A stretch of DNA of 49,194 bases from an uncultured Ruminococcus sp. (lineage in GTDB: Bacteria; Bacillota; Clostridia; Oscillospirales; CAG-272): positions 1,053 through 50,246 of the forward strand of contig CAZVVM010000001.1 in NCBI GenBank assembly GCA_964630635.1, read 5' to 3'. Shown one piece after another: positions 1-9,885 of the stretch (within the stretch, counting starts at the first letter, position 1; the number at the start of each line of letters is the position of its first letter). The notes under the pieces were generated by a model. That model was not told the origin of the DNA, ran no database searches, and saw only the letters and a program-made list of their open reading frames with translations. A program made the position numbers and the translations under genes.

Positions 1-1
1 C

Positions 2-772
2 AAGAGTATGATGAGCGACAAGGTCTTCGGGAACAGCGGCTCTAGAGTTGTTATCGAAGAATTCCTTACGGGTCCCGAGGTGTCGGTCCTCGCGTTTACT
101 GACGGAAAGACCGTCAAGCCGATGGTTTCGTCTATGGACCACAAGAGAGCGCACGATAACGATGAGGGACTTAATACGGGCGGTATGGGCACGGTTGCTC
201 CTAACCCGTATTATACAAAGGAAGTTGCGGAAGTTTGTATGAAGACGATCTTCCTTCCGACCGTAAATGCAATGGTGCAGGAGGGCAGACCCTTTAAGGG
301 ATGTCTCTACTTCGGACTGATGATAACCCCCGACGGACCGAAGGTCATTGAGTATAACTGCCGCTTCGGTGATCCCGAAACGCAGGTCGTTCTTCCGCTT
401 CTTAAGAGCGATCTTCTGACAATTATGAAGGCAACGACGGACGGCACTCTGTCCGAAACAGAGGTCGTTTTCGAGGACAAGCACGCTTGCTGTGTAATTA
501 TGGCGTCAAACGGCTATCCGCAGAGCTATGAAAAGGGATTTGAGATAGATATCCCCGACGAAATAGCAAGTAACGTCTACGTAGCAGGCGCGGCTGATAA
601 GAACGGAAAGCTTGTTACGGCAGGCGGACGAGTTCTCGGTGCAACCGCAGTTGCAGAGACGCTTCCTGAAGCAATTAACGATGCATATAAGCTCGTAAGC
701 AAGATAAGCTTCGCTAACGCTTTCTACCGCAAAGACATCGGTGCGCGCGCCCTGAAAGCGCTGGAGGAATAA
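2..772 (+). CDS. purD: phosphoribosylamine--glycine ligase (GAR synthetase), C-terminal part; the 5' end lies outside the window
   Basis: The frame is open from the window edge. The translation (EEFLTGPEVSVLAFTDG, MDHKRAHDNDEGLNTGGMG, EYNCRFGDPETQ) matches the ATP-grasp core and C-domain of PurD. purL starts 1 nt after its stop. Confidence 0.9.
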   Translation, partial: KSMMSDKVFGNSGSRVVIEEFLTGPEVSVLAFTDGKTVKPMVSSMDHKRAHDNDEGLNTGGMGTVAPNPYYTKEVAEVCMKTIFLPTVNAMVQEGRPFKGCLYFGLMITPDGPKVIEYNCRFGDPETQVVLPLLKSDLLTIMKATTDGTLSETEVVFEDKHACCVIMASNGYPQSYEKGFEIDIPDEIASNVYVAGAADKNGKLVTAGGRVLGATAVAETLPEAINDAYKLVSKISFANAFYRKDIGARALKALEE

Positions 773-773
773 T

Positions 774-3700
774 ATGGTATACAGAATATTTGTAGAAAAA
801 AAGCCCGAGCTTGCACACGAGGCGAACGGCTTATATAATGAGCTGAAAAATCTCGTAGGCATTGAAAATCTTACGTCGGTACGTGTTATCAACCGTTACG
901 ACGTTGAGAATATTGACGAGGCACTCTTTGAGCAGGCGGTAAAGACCGTCTTTTCCGAGCCCCAGCTTGATAAGGTCAGCGCCGATCTTGAAGAAACCGA
1001 CGGCGTAGTTTTTGCCGTTGAGCCGCTTCCCGGTCAGTTCGACCAGAGAGCCGACTCTGCAGCGCAGTGTATTCAGCTACAGAGCCAGGGCGAGCGTCCT
1101 ACAGTTCGTTCCGCAAAGGTGTATATTCTCGGCGGAAACCTTACAGAGGACGATATTAACACAGTTAAAAAGTACGTAATCAATGCAGTTGAGAGCCGTG
1201 AGGCGGAGCTTACGAAGCCCGAAACCCTTGCGGTTGATTATGCTATCCCCGAAACGGTCGCAACCGTTGACGGCTTTATTTCCCTTGACGAAAAGGGACT
1301 TTCCGAGCTTCTTGATACTCTCGGTCTTGCTATGGACCTTGACGATCTTAAGTTCCTTCAGAATTACTTTAAAAACGAAGAAGGACGCGATCCTACCATA
1401 ACCGAGATCAGAGTTGTTGATACCTATTGGTCTGACCATTGCCGTCATACGACCTTCTCGACCCATATTGATAACGTAAAAATATCCGATAAGACCGTTG
1501 CCGAGGCGTACGAGCGTTACCTTAATGCGCGTATCGAGGTCTACGGCGAAGAGAAGGCGGCAAAGCGTCCGCAGACTCTTATGGATATTGCGACTATCGC
1601 AGGCAAGGTCCTCAAAAAGAGAGGACTTCTTCCCGAGCTCGACGAGAGCGAGGAGATAAATGCCTGCTCGATCCACGTAACCGCTAACGTAAACGGCGAG
1701 GATCAGGATTGGCTTCTCATGTTCAAGAACGAAACGCATAACCATCCGACAGAGATCGAGCCGTTCGGCGGCGCGGCAACCTGTATAGGCGGTTGTATCC
1801 GTGACCCGCTTTCGGGACGCGCATACGTTCATCAGGCGATGCGTGTAACGGGTGCGGCTGATCCCCGTAAGCCCTTGAGCGAAACCCTTTCCGGTAAGCT
1901 TCCGCAGAGAAAGCTTTGCCAGACCGCGGCGGCAGGATATTCTTCCTACGGTAACCAGATAGGTCTGGCTACCGGTCACGTTGCGGAAATTTACCACGAC
2001 GGATACGTAGCAAAGCGTCTGGAGTGCGGCGCTGTCGTTGCCGCTGCTCCTGCGTATAACGTGCGCCGTGAGCGCCCCGAGGCAGGCGACGTTATAATCC
2101 TGCTCGGCGGAAGAACGGGCCGCGACGGTATAGGCGGTGCGACCGGCTCATCAAAGAGCCATAATATGAAGTCGCTTACCACTATGGCTTCCGAGGTTCA
2201 GAAGGGAAATGCTCCCGAGGAAAGAAAGATCCAGCGTCTGTTCAGAAATCCCGACGTCACGCGTCTTATCAAGCGATGTAACGACTTTGGTGCAGGCGGT
2301 GTTTCGGTTGCTATCGGAGAGCTTGCAGACGGTCTTAAGATAGATCTCGACGCCGTACGCAAGAAGTACGACGGTCTTGACGGAACAGAGCTTGCAATTT
2401 CCGAATCCCAGGAAAGAATGGCTGTTGTCGTTGAAGCTTCCGACGCCGATGAATTCATCGAATACGCAGAGAGCGAAAACCTTGAAGCATACCGCGTTGC
2501 CGTCGTAACCGAGGAAGCAAGAATGGTTATGAGCTGGAAGGGACAGACGATAGCAGACCTTTCCCGTGAATTCCTTAATACTAACGGCGCTGATAAGCAC
2601 ACTAATCTTGAAGTAACCGAGAAGGATCTTTCGGTATTCTCGAATGCTCTATACGGAAATCTCCGCGAAATGGCGTCCAACCTCAAGACCGCAAGCAGAC
2701 GCGGACTTGTCGAGCGCTTTGACGCCTCGATCGGTGCCGGCTCGATTCTTATGCCTTTCGGCGGTAAGACGCAGAAAACTCCCGCACAGTCAATGGCGGC
2801 GGTTCTTCCCGTACTTCCGGGTCAGTTTACCGAGCAGGCGAGCGTAATGGCTTGGGGACTTGACCCCGATGCTATGTGCGTTGATCCTTATTCGGGTGCG
2901 CGCGCGGCGGTTTATAACTCAATGGCGAAGATCGTCGCTTCGGGTGCCGATTATAAGGATGCGTATCTGACACTTCAGGAATTCTTTGAAAAGCTGCGTA
3001 ATGAGCCGACACGTTGGGGCAAGCCCTTTGCGGCACTCCTCGGCGCTATGGACGCACAGCTCGAGCTTAACGCGGCGGCTATCGGCGGTAAGGACTCAAT
3101 GTCGGGAACCTTCCTTGATAAGGACGTGCCTCCTACGCTTATTTCCTTTGCTATCGCTCCCATCAATGCAAAGGACGTCATCTCTCCCGAATTTAAAGAA
3201 GCAGGACACCCCGTATATCTCTTTGCTCCCGCAGACGAAACCGCCAACTCTACAAAGGCGGCTTGGGAATTATTCCACAAGCTCTGTAAAGAGGGTAAAG
3301 TAAAGGCGGCTTACGCTGTTGAAAACGGAATTGCCGAGGCAATAATGAAGATGTCGTTCGGTAACGAGATCGGCTTCATATCTAACGGCGCGATCAAGGA
3401 CGCTTGGTATAATACGATGATGTACGATTTCATCGTAGCAGAGCTTTCCGAGGACGTGACTGCCGATTACGCCGTAAAGATCGGTATGACGTCAGAAGAT
3501 AAGGTCATCGACCTTGTAAGTGAAAAGGCAACGATTTCCGAGCTTCTTGCTCTTAATGAAGGAACTCTTGAGGGCGTATACCCGACCGACGCAAAGGCAG
3601 ATGGCGATAATATTCCCGCGTTTGCATATAACGGCGGAGTAGTAGCTTCTCCTGCCGTGAAGACTGCTCGCCCGAAGGCACTTATTCCCGTATTCCCCGG

Positions 3701-4469
3701 TACTAACTGCGAATACGATTCCGCGCGCGCTCTTGAAAATGCGGGAGCTGAAGCGGAGATCGTTGTTATACGCAACCTTACCTCTGACGACGTAAGCCGT
3801 AGCGTTGAGCTTGTGTCGAAGAAGCTTGCCGAAAGCAATATGGTATTCATTCCCGGCGGATTCTCGGGCGGTGACGAGCCCGACGGCTCTGCGAAGTTTA
3901 TAACCGCATTCTTCCGCAACCCCGAGATTAAGGAGCAGGTTAGCAACCTGCTTGATAACCGCGACGGACTTATGCTCGGTATCTGTAACGGTTTCCAGGC
4001 GCTTATAAAGCTCGGTCTTGTTCCATACGGAAAGATAATAGATACCGACGAAAACTGCCCAACTCTTACTTATAATATAATCGGCCGCCATCAGTCGAAG
4101 CTCGTTCGCACGAGAGTTTGTACGAACAAGTCTCCGTGGCTTTCCGGCACCGAGGTCGGTCAGATATACACCGTTCCGATCTCTCACGGCGAGGGACGCT
4201 TCCTTGCCGATGAAGCACTTATTCGCAAGCTTGCCGAAAACGGACAGATCGCGACACAGTACGTTGATCTTAACGGCGTTCCTACTATGGATACCGCGTT
4301 CAACCCGAACGGATCTATCCTTGCAGTCGAAGGTATAACGTCTCCTGACGGACGCGTTCTCGGTAAGATGGGACACAGTGAGCGTATCGGCAAGAACCTT
4401 TATAAGAACGTAATCGGTCAGTACGATATGAAGCTCTTTGCTTCTGCAGTAAATTATTTCAAGAAATAA
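774..4469 (+). CDS. purL: phosphoribosylformylglycinamidine (FGAM) synthase, single-chain large form with C-terminal glutaminase domain
   Basis: The 1231-aa ORF carries PurL hallmarks (DTYWSDHCRHTTF, NETHNHPTEIEPFGGAATC) and a C-terminal class-I amidotransferase triad region (GICNGFQAL ... SHGEGRF). It sits in a purine-gene context. Confidence 0.95.
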   Translation: MVYRIFVEKKPELAHEANGLYNELKNLVGIENLTSVRVINRYDVENIDEALFEQAVKTVFSEPQLDKVSADLEETDGVVFAVEPLPGQFDQRADSAAQCIQLQSQGERPTVRSAKVYILGGNLTEDDINTVKKYVINAVESREAELTKPETLAVDYAIPETVATVDGFISLDEKGLSELLDTLGLAMDLDDLKFLQNYFKNEEGRDPTITEIRVVDTYWSDHCRHTTFSTHIDNVKISDKTVAEAYERYLNARIEVYGEEKAAKRPQTLMDIATIAGKVLKKRGLLPELDESEEINACSIHVTANVNGEDQDWLLMFKNETHNHPTEIEPFGGAATCIGGCIRDPLSGRAYVHQAMRVTGAADPRKPLSETLSGKLPQRKLCQTAAAGYSSYGNQIGLATGHVAEIYHDGYVAKRLECGAVVAAAPAYNVRRERPEAGDVIILLGGRTGRDGIGGATGSSKSHNMKSLTTMASEVQKGNAPEERKIQRLFRNPDVTRLIKRCNDFGAGGVSVAIGELADGLKIDLDAVRKKYDGLDGTELAISESQERMAVVVEASDADEFIEYAESENLEAYRVAVVTEEARMVMSWKGQTIADLSREFLNTNGADKHTNLEVTEKDLSVFSNALYGNLREMASNLKTASRRGLVERFDASIGAGSILMPFGGKTQKTPAQSMAAVLPVLPGQFTEQASVMAWGLDPDAMCVDPYSGARAAVYNSMAKIVASGADYKDAYLTLQEFFEKLRNEPTRWGKPFAALLGAMDAQLELNAAAIGGKDSMSGTFLDKDVPPTLISFAIAPINAKDVISPEFKEAGHPVYLFAPADETANSTKAAWELFHKLCKEGKVKAAYAVENGIAEAIMKMSFGNEIGFISNGAIKDAWYNTMMYDFIVAELSEDVTADYAVKIGMTSEDKVIDLVSEKATISELLALNEGTLEGVYPTDAKADGDNIPAFAYNGGVVASPAVKTARPKALIPVFPGTNCEYDSARALENAGAEAEIVVIRNLTSDDVSRSVELVSKKLAESNMVFIPGGFSGGDEPDGSAKFITAFFRNPEIKEQVSNLLDNRDGLMLGICNGFQALIKLGLVPYGKIIDTDENCPTLTYNIIGRHQSKLVRTRVCTNKSPWLSGTEVGQIYTVPISHGEGRFLADEALIRKLAENGQIATQYVDLNGVPTMDTAFNPNGSILAVEGITSPDGRVLGKMGHSERIGKNLYKNVIGQYDMKLFASAVNYFKK

Positions 4470-4482
4470 GGAGAACACTTAA

Positions 4483-6156
4483 ATGGCATATTTAAGCGAT
4501 ATTGAAATAGCACAGGCTATCAAAATGGAGCCGATCGGAAAGATTGCAAGTAAGATTGACGTAGACGAAGATGCCTACGAGCCGTACGGCAAATTCAAGG
4601 CAAAGCTTGATCTTTCGATCCTTAACCGAGAATGCGAAAACGGTAAGCTTATTCTTGTGACCGCTATTACTCCTACTCCTGCAGGAGAGGGAAAGACTAC
4701 TACCACAATCGGACTTGCAGACGGTCTGCGTAAGATCGGCAAAAAGTCTGTCGTAGCTCTTCGTGAGCCGTCCCTCGGACCCGTATTCGGCGTTAAGGGC
4801 GGTGCGGCAGGCGGCGGATACGCACAGGTCGTTCCTATGGAGGACATCAACCTTCATTTCACGGGTGACTTCCATGCAATAGGCGCAGCAAACAACCTTC
4901 TTGCGGCAATGCTCGATAACCACATTTATCAGGGTAACGCCCTCAATATCGACCCTCGCAGGATCACCTGGCACAGATGCGTCGATATGAACGACCGTCA
5001 GCTCCGCTTCGTTACGAACGGTCTCGGCGGACGCGTAAACGGCGTACCGCGTGAGGACGCGTACGATATTACCGTCGCGTCTGAAATTATGGCAGTTCTT
5101 TGCCTTTCCGAATCGCTTTCCGACCTCAAAGCGCACCTTTCGCGCATAATCGTCGGATATACCTATAACGACGAGCCGGTAACCGCAGGAGATCTTAAGG
5201 CGGCAGGTGCAATGACCGCGCTTCTCCGCGACGCACTTAAACCGAACCTCGTTCAGACTCTTGAAGGAACCCCTGCAATCGTTCACGGCGGACCTTTTGC
5301 AAACATCGCACACGGTTGTAACTCCGTTATTGCTACCAGAATGGCAATGAAGCTCGGCGATTATGCAGTTACGGAAGCGGGCTTCGGTGCCGATCTCGGC
5401 GCTGAAAAGTTCCTCGATATCAAGTGCCGCGTAGCAGGACTCAAGCCCTCTGCGGTCGTAGTAGTTGCAACCGTGCGCGCGCTTAAAATGCACGGCGGAA
5501 GAGCAAAGACCGAGCTTGGTCAAGAAGACCTCACAGCTCTTGAAAAGGGACTTCCGAACCTTCTTCGCCACGTTTCTAACATTACCGAAGTATACAAGCT
5601 TCCCGCAGTCGTTGCGGTCAACCGTTTCCCGACCGACACCGACGCAGAGGTCGCGCTCGTTATCAAGAAGTGCGCAGAGCTCGGCGTAAGGGCGATCCTT
5701 TCCGACGTATGGGCAAAGGGCGGAAACGGCGGCACAGAGCTTGCAGAAGAGGTCGTACGTCTTTGCGACGAGGGTGAAAACAATTTCTCGTTCAGCTATC
5801 CCGACGAATACAGCATTGAAGAGAAGATCGAGGCAGTCGTTAAGCGTGTTTACCGCGGAGCAGGAATAAATATCGTTCCCGCAGCACAGAAGCAGATCGA
5901 CAAGCTTGCTTCTATGGGACTTTCAAATCTGCCCGTATGTATTGCAAAGACGCAGTATTCCTTCTCCGACGATCCAACGAAGCTCGGCGCGCCCGAGGAC
6001 TTTACCGTCACCGTCCGTAACGTCAAGGTTTCGGCTGGTGCGGGCTTTATCGTAGTTCTCACGGGCGATATTATGACGATGCCGGGTCTGCCGAAGGTTC
6101 CTGCGGCAGAGAAGATCGACGTTCTTGAAGACGGAACGATGGTAGGTCTGTTCTGA
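4483..6156 (+). CDS. fhs: formate--tetrahydrofolate ligase
   Basis: 557 aa with the P-loop [16 protein letters not shown] and typical FTHFS blocks ([41 protein letters not shown]). An AAGGAG-like RBS lies 7 nt upstream. Confidence 0.95.
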   Translation: MAYLSDIEIAQAIKMEPIGKIASKIDVDEDAYEPYGKFKAKLDLSILNRECENGKLILVTAITPTPAGEGKTTTTIGLADGLRKIGKKSVVALREPSLGPVFGVKGGAAGGGYAQVVPMEDINLHFTGDFHAIGAANNLLAAMLDNHIYQGNALNIDPRRITWHRCVDMNDRQLRFVTNGLGGRVNGVPREDAYDITVASEIMAVLCLSESLSDLKAHLSRIIVGYTYNDEPVTAGDLKAAGAMTALLRDALKPNLVQTLEGTPAIVHGGPFANIAHGCNSVIATRMAMKLGDYAVTEAGFGADLGAEKFLDIKCRVAGLKPSAVVVVATVRALKMHGGRAKTELGQEDLTALEKGLPNLLRHVSNITEVYKLPAVVAVNRFPTDTDAEVALVIKKCAELGVRAILSDVWAKGGNGGTELAEEVVRLCDEGENNFSFSYPDEYSIEEKIEAVVKRVYRGAGINIVPAAQKQIDKLASMGLSNLPVCIAKTQYSFSDDPTKLGAPEDFTVTVRNVKVSAGAGFIVVLTGDIMTMPGLPKVPAAEKIDVLEDGTMVGLF

Positions 6157-6956
6157 TGGAAAAGATTTATCTCTGGGAAAAGGGAAAAGCGCCCTATTTT
6201 AATCCCGAGTACGGTCAGGATGAACCTAATCTCACCCCGTATCTTATAAGTGACGGTAAAAAGCGCGGTGCTGTGATCGTTGCTCCCGGAGGCGCATATA
6301 CACACAAAGCGTATCAGCACGAGGGCTACGACGTAGCGGAAAAGCTTAATTCCTTCGGAATCAACGCTTTCGTTATTGACTACCGTGTTGCACCGTATCA
6401 GTATCCCGCGATAACGGGAGATATTCTCCGCGCGATCCGTTACGTTCGTTACCACGCTGATGGAATGAATATTGATCCGACGAAGATAGGAGTTCTCGGC
6501 TTCTCCTCGGGCGGGCATCTTTGCAACAGCGCTATGTGTGCCTTTGACTACGGTAAGGACGGCGACGAGATCGACAAGGTTTCTTCGCGTCCCGATGCTG
6601 TTGTGCTTTGTTATCCCGTAATCACGCTCGTTGAGGACTACATGCACAGACACTCGCGCACGGTGCTTCTCGGCGGACATCCCGATGAAGAAAAGCTCGC
6701 TTACTCGCTTTCGGGCGAGAAGGCAGTTAAGGATGATACTCCTCCTTGCTTCATCTGGCACACGCGGGACGATGACGGCGTTTCGGTCTGGAATTCTCTT
6801 AACCTCTATTCATCGCTTGTTAAGAACAATATCCCCTCCGAGCTTCACGTTTTCCCGCACGGCGAACACGGGCTCGGAATGGCACCGGGTAGAAACGACG
6901 TAAGTCAGTGGACGTCGCTTCTGAATACTTGGCTAACAAATCTCGGATTTAACTGA
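6156..6956 (+). CDS. alpha/beta-fold hydrolase (esterase/lipase-like; substrate unknown)
   Basis: 266 aa with the nucleophile elbow GFSSGGH, an acidic residue in HTRDDDGV and a His in GEHGLG, in the canonical Ser-Asp-His order. The start overlaps the fhs stop (TGATG). Confidence 0.7.
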   Translation: MEKIYLWEKGKAPYFNPEYGQDEPNLTPYLISDGKKRGAVIVAPGGAYTHKAYQHEGYDVAEKLNSFGINAFVIDYRVAPYQYPAITGDILRAIRYVRYHADGMNIDPTKIGVLGFSSGGHLCNSAMCAFDYGKDGDEIDKVSSRPDAVVLCYPVITLVEDYMHRHSRTVLLGGHPDEEKLAYSLSGEKAVKDDTPPCFIWHTRDDDGVSVWNSLNLYSSLVKNNIPSELHVFPHGEHGLGMAPGRNDVSQWTSLLNTWLTNLGFN

Positions 6957-6960
6957 TATA

Positions 6961-6990
6961 AAAACGGCAGAACTGATCTCTGCCGTTTTT
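6961..6990. terminator. bidirectional Rho-independent terminator between convergent genes
   Basis: aaaaCGGCAGA-actgatc-TCTGCCGttttt: a 7-bp GC-rich stem extended by A/T pairs, with an A-run on one side and a T-run on the other. Confidence 0.6.
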
Positions 6991-6992
6991 CG

Positions 6993-8078
6993 TTACTTTT
7001 TTGTATACGGGTGAATGCACTGTATTCCGCTTTTCATTATGATCTTGCGCGTAAAGGAACTGCACAAAAGCGTTCGCTTAACAGATTTTGACCGAAGCTT
7101 GAGCCGTAATGAACGCGTATTCTTGCGGTATATCTTCTGCGCGTCTTTATGAGTTTTTCCTTCGATGAAAGCATCGGATAGTAGCTTGCCGCTCAACATC
7201 GCGCTGCTTAATCCCTCAAAAGAGCTGGCGCTAATAAATCCCGCCGCTTCGCCGAGAAGAAAGACGCCGTCTTTGCCTGTACAATAATCCTTTATTCCGC
7301 GCGGGCTCGAAAGAAGACACGCTTCTGTCTTGATCGCCTCTCCGAAGGAGTTCCCGAGAAATGATTCAAGACGCGATTTCTGCCTATCAAACGCTTCACG
7401 GCATCCCTGCTTTTCGAAGGCGCCGCCGAATATAACGTAGTTTCCCTTATGAATCGTCCACGAGCAGCTGTCACTCGTTTTTGAGTCGAATATGCAAGAA
7501 TAGTAGGGAAGCTTTTGCCCCTTGTTTTCAAACCATTGCTGTACTGCGACGTACTGTACTCGCATTGGAGAGAAGAACGTACGCCTGACGACAGAGCCGC
7601 CGCCGTCAGCACCGACAAGTGCCCTTGCACTCACTTGTACCTTTTCCTCGCCGTTTTTCACAAAAACGCCGTAGAGGTTTTCGTCTTTACGGACTTCTAA
7701 GCATCTTCCTTTCAAGACCGTAACGTGTGAAGGAACAAGGGAGAGAAGCCATCTGTCAAAGGCGTATCTGTCCATATTCAGGTAGTGCCTTTGATAATAT
7801 CTGACGAGCTTTTGCTCAATATCGATAGTTTCGACGGCGAAGATTTGAGGATCCTCAAGAATACTCTTTGGAAGCACCAGGTCAAATTTCGCAAGTATCT
7901 TCTGCGCATCAGGCGCAAGCAGTCCGCCGCAGGGCTTTGCCGAATCGGGAGACTGTCCGTCGATAAGAACTATTTTAAGATCGGGGCGCGCCTCTGCTAT
8001 TTCTTTAACGAATATCGCTCCTGCAGGTCCTGCTCCAACTACGGCTATATCATATATGATTTTGTCAGTCTTATCCAT
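6993..8078 (-). CDS. FAD-dependent oxidoreductase, geranylgeranyl-reductase-like family
   Basis: 361 aa with the N-terminal dinucleotide fold DIAVVGAGPAGA, a KPCGGLL motif typical of the GG-reductase superfamily, and the C-terminal GEAAGFISASSFEGLSSAMLSG block. It is the last gene of the minus-strand ABC operon. Confidence 0.7.
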   Translation of the reverse strand: MDKTDKIIYDIAVVGAGPAGAIFVKEIAEARPDLKIVLIDGQSPDSAKPCGGLLAPDAQKILAKFDLVLPKSILEDPQIFAVETIDIEQKLVRYYQRHYLNMDRYAFDRWLLSLVPSHVTVLKGRCLEVRKDENLYGVFVKNGEEKVQVSARALVGADGGGSVVRRTFFSPMRVQYVAVQQWFENKGQKLPYYSCIFDSKTSDSCSWTIHKGNYVIFGGAFEKQGCREAFDRQKSRLESFLGNSFGEAIKTEACLLSSPRGIKDYCTGKDGVFLLGEAAGFISASSFEGLSSAMLSGKLLSDAFIEGKTHKDAQKIYRKNTRSLRLKLRSKSVKRTLLCSSFTRKIIMKSGIQCIHPYTKK

Positions 8079-8109
8079 TCGGATACCCCCTGCGCGTAAT
8101 ACTCATAAG

Positions 8110-9885
8110 TCAGTTTTGGAACTGTGAATTGTAAAGAGAAGCGTAAACGCCGTTCTTCGCAAGCAGCTCTTCGTGGTTGCCGCTCTCGGCGATCTGTCCG
8201 TTTCTTATAACGAGAATAACGTCGGCGTTTTTGATAGTCGAAAGGCGGTGGGCAATTACGAATGACGTTCTGCCTACCATAAGCGAAAGCATCGCCTTCT
8301 GTATCATCTGCTCGGTGCGTGAGTCAACGTTTGATGTTGCCTCGTCGAGGATCAATATCGGCGCGTCGGAAAGAAGCGCGCGGGATATGTTGAGAAGCTG
8401 TTTTTGACCCTTTGAGATATTAACGCCGTCGTCGGAGAGCACGGTGTCGTATCCGTCTTTGAGTGACATAACGTAATCGTGAATACCAGCGGTCTTTGCG
8501 GCTCTTATTATATCCTCGTCGGTGACGTTTTCGTTACCGAATGCGATGTTGTCGCGTATCGTTCCTTCAAAGAGCCAGGTGTCCTGAAGTACCATCGTAA
8601 AGGAACGGCGAAGAGAATCGCGGGTAATTTCGTAGATGCTCTTGCCGTCGAGCAGAATATCACCCGATTGCGGATCGTAAAAGCGCATAAGAAGGTTTGC
8701 AATAGTTGTTTTTCCCGCACCCGTAGGGCCGACGATAGCGACGGTGCTTCCGGGTTTAACGTCAAGCGAGAAGCCGCTGATGACAGTTTTGCCTTCCTCA
8801 TAGCCGAAGTTTACGTCTTTGAATGAGACTCCGCCGTTCACGTCAGCGACGGTCAGAGCGTCGGGAGTGTCTTTCTTTTCGGGTTGCTCGTCAAGCACGC
8901 GGAAAATTCTCTCCGTTGCGGAGGTCGCAGACTGCAGGTCAGCTATAATATTTGCAATTTCGCCGACCGGCCCCGAAAAGCGTCTTGAATACAGTATAAA
9001 CTCGGAAATTCCCGACAGCGTGATACCGCCGGAAATGTAGAGTATCGTTCCGAACATACTCACGAGCGACATTGAGAGGTTGCTGATAAAGTTGACGCCC
9101 GGACCGATAACGCTTCCTTGATATTCTGCCTCGTAGAAGGTGTTGACGGCATCTGTGTTACGGCTGTTGAAGCGTCCGATTATTACCTCTTCGCGGTTGT
9201 ACGCCTTAATGGACTTCTGTCCCGAAAGCATTTCCTCGGCGTAGCCGTTAAGCTCACCAAGCTTTGCAGATCTCTTTCTGAATAGCGGTCTTACCTTTTG
9301 TGAGCGGTATTTGATGAACCATATAGAGAGCGGAAGCGTTACCGCAAAAACGAGTATCAAGGGCGGTGAGATAATGATCATCATTGTAAACGAGCCGATG
9401 ATCGTTATCGCGCTTGTGACGATCTGCAAAAGGTCGGACGAAAGCGAGGTGTTTATCGTGTCAATATCGTAGGAAAGACGGCTTACGATGTCGCCCGTCT
9501 GATTTTTATCGAAGTAGCTGACAGGGAGAGCAAGAAGATGCGAAAATACCTGTTTACGCATATTGAACGATATTTTTTTGCTCAAACGGAGCATAATTAT
9601 CGAGTTGAAATAAGAGAGAATTGACGATACGATATAGAATATCGCCATAAGGGCGCAGAAGAAGATGACCGTATCAAAATCGACCTTGCCTTTTCCGCCC
9701 TCGATTGCCTTGATGGCTTGTCCCGAAAGCATAGGACCGGCAAGCGACAGACCGCTTGAAACCGTTACAAGTATCATCGAGGCGATAAACAAGCCCTTTT
9801 GCGACCAGATATAAGGAAAGAGCTTGCGAAGGACTCCCCATTTGATCGTGGGCTTTGTCTGAACGCTAGTGGTGTTTTGGGTCAC
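8110..9885 (-). CDS. ABC exporter half-transporter (TMD-NBD fusion), consensus-site subunit
   Basis: 591 aa with six predicted TM helices followed by an NBD: Walker A GPTGAGKTT, Walker B ILILDEATS (catalytic Glu present), but a degenerate signature ISKGQ. It overlaps the upstream partner by 4 nt. Confidence 0.9.
   Translation of the reverse strand: MTQNTTSVQTKPTIKWGVLRKLFPYIWSQKGLFIASMILVTVSSGLSLAGPMLSGQAIKAIEGGKGKVDFDTVIFFCALMAIFYIVSSILSYFNSIIMLRLSKKISFNMRKQVFSHLLALPVSYFDKNQTGDIVSRLSYDIDTINTSLSSDLLQIVTSAITIIGSFTMMIIISPPLILVFAVTLPLSIWFIKYRSQKVRPLFRKRSAKLGELNGYAEEMLSGQKSIKAYNREEVIIGRFNSRNTDAVNTFYEAEYQGSVIGPGVNFISNLSMSLVSMFGTILYISGGITLSGISEFILYSRRFSGPVGEIANIIADLQSATSATERIFRVLDEQPEKKDTPDALTVADVNGGVSFKDVNFGYEEGKTVISGFSLDVKPGSTVAIVGPTGAGKTTIANLLMRFYDPQSGDILLDGKSIYEITRDSLRRSFTMVLQDTWLFEGTIRDNIAFGNENVTDEDIIRAAKTAGIHDYVMSLKDGYDTVLSDDGVNISKGQKQLLNISRALLSDAPILILDEATSNVDSRTEQMIQKAMLSLMVGRTSFVIAHRLSTIKNADVILVIRNGQIAESGNHEELLAKNGVYASLYNSQFQN

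Noticed and set aside
1077-4478. Long minus-strand ORFs (1077..1997, 2151..2686, 3467..3946, 3492..4478) inside purL.
   Set aside because: They are antisense shadows of a strongly codon-biased gene. Their translations are Arg/Ser/Leu-rich with no motifs, while the plus-strand frame encodes full-length PurL.
4492-6761. Minus-strand ORFs 4492..5571 (359 aa) and 5850..6761 (303 aa).
   Set aside because: They are antisense to fhs and the hydrolase gene and overlap well-supported genes entirely. They have no RBS or motif support.
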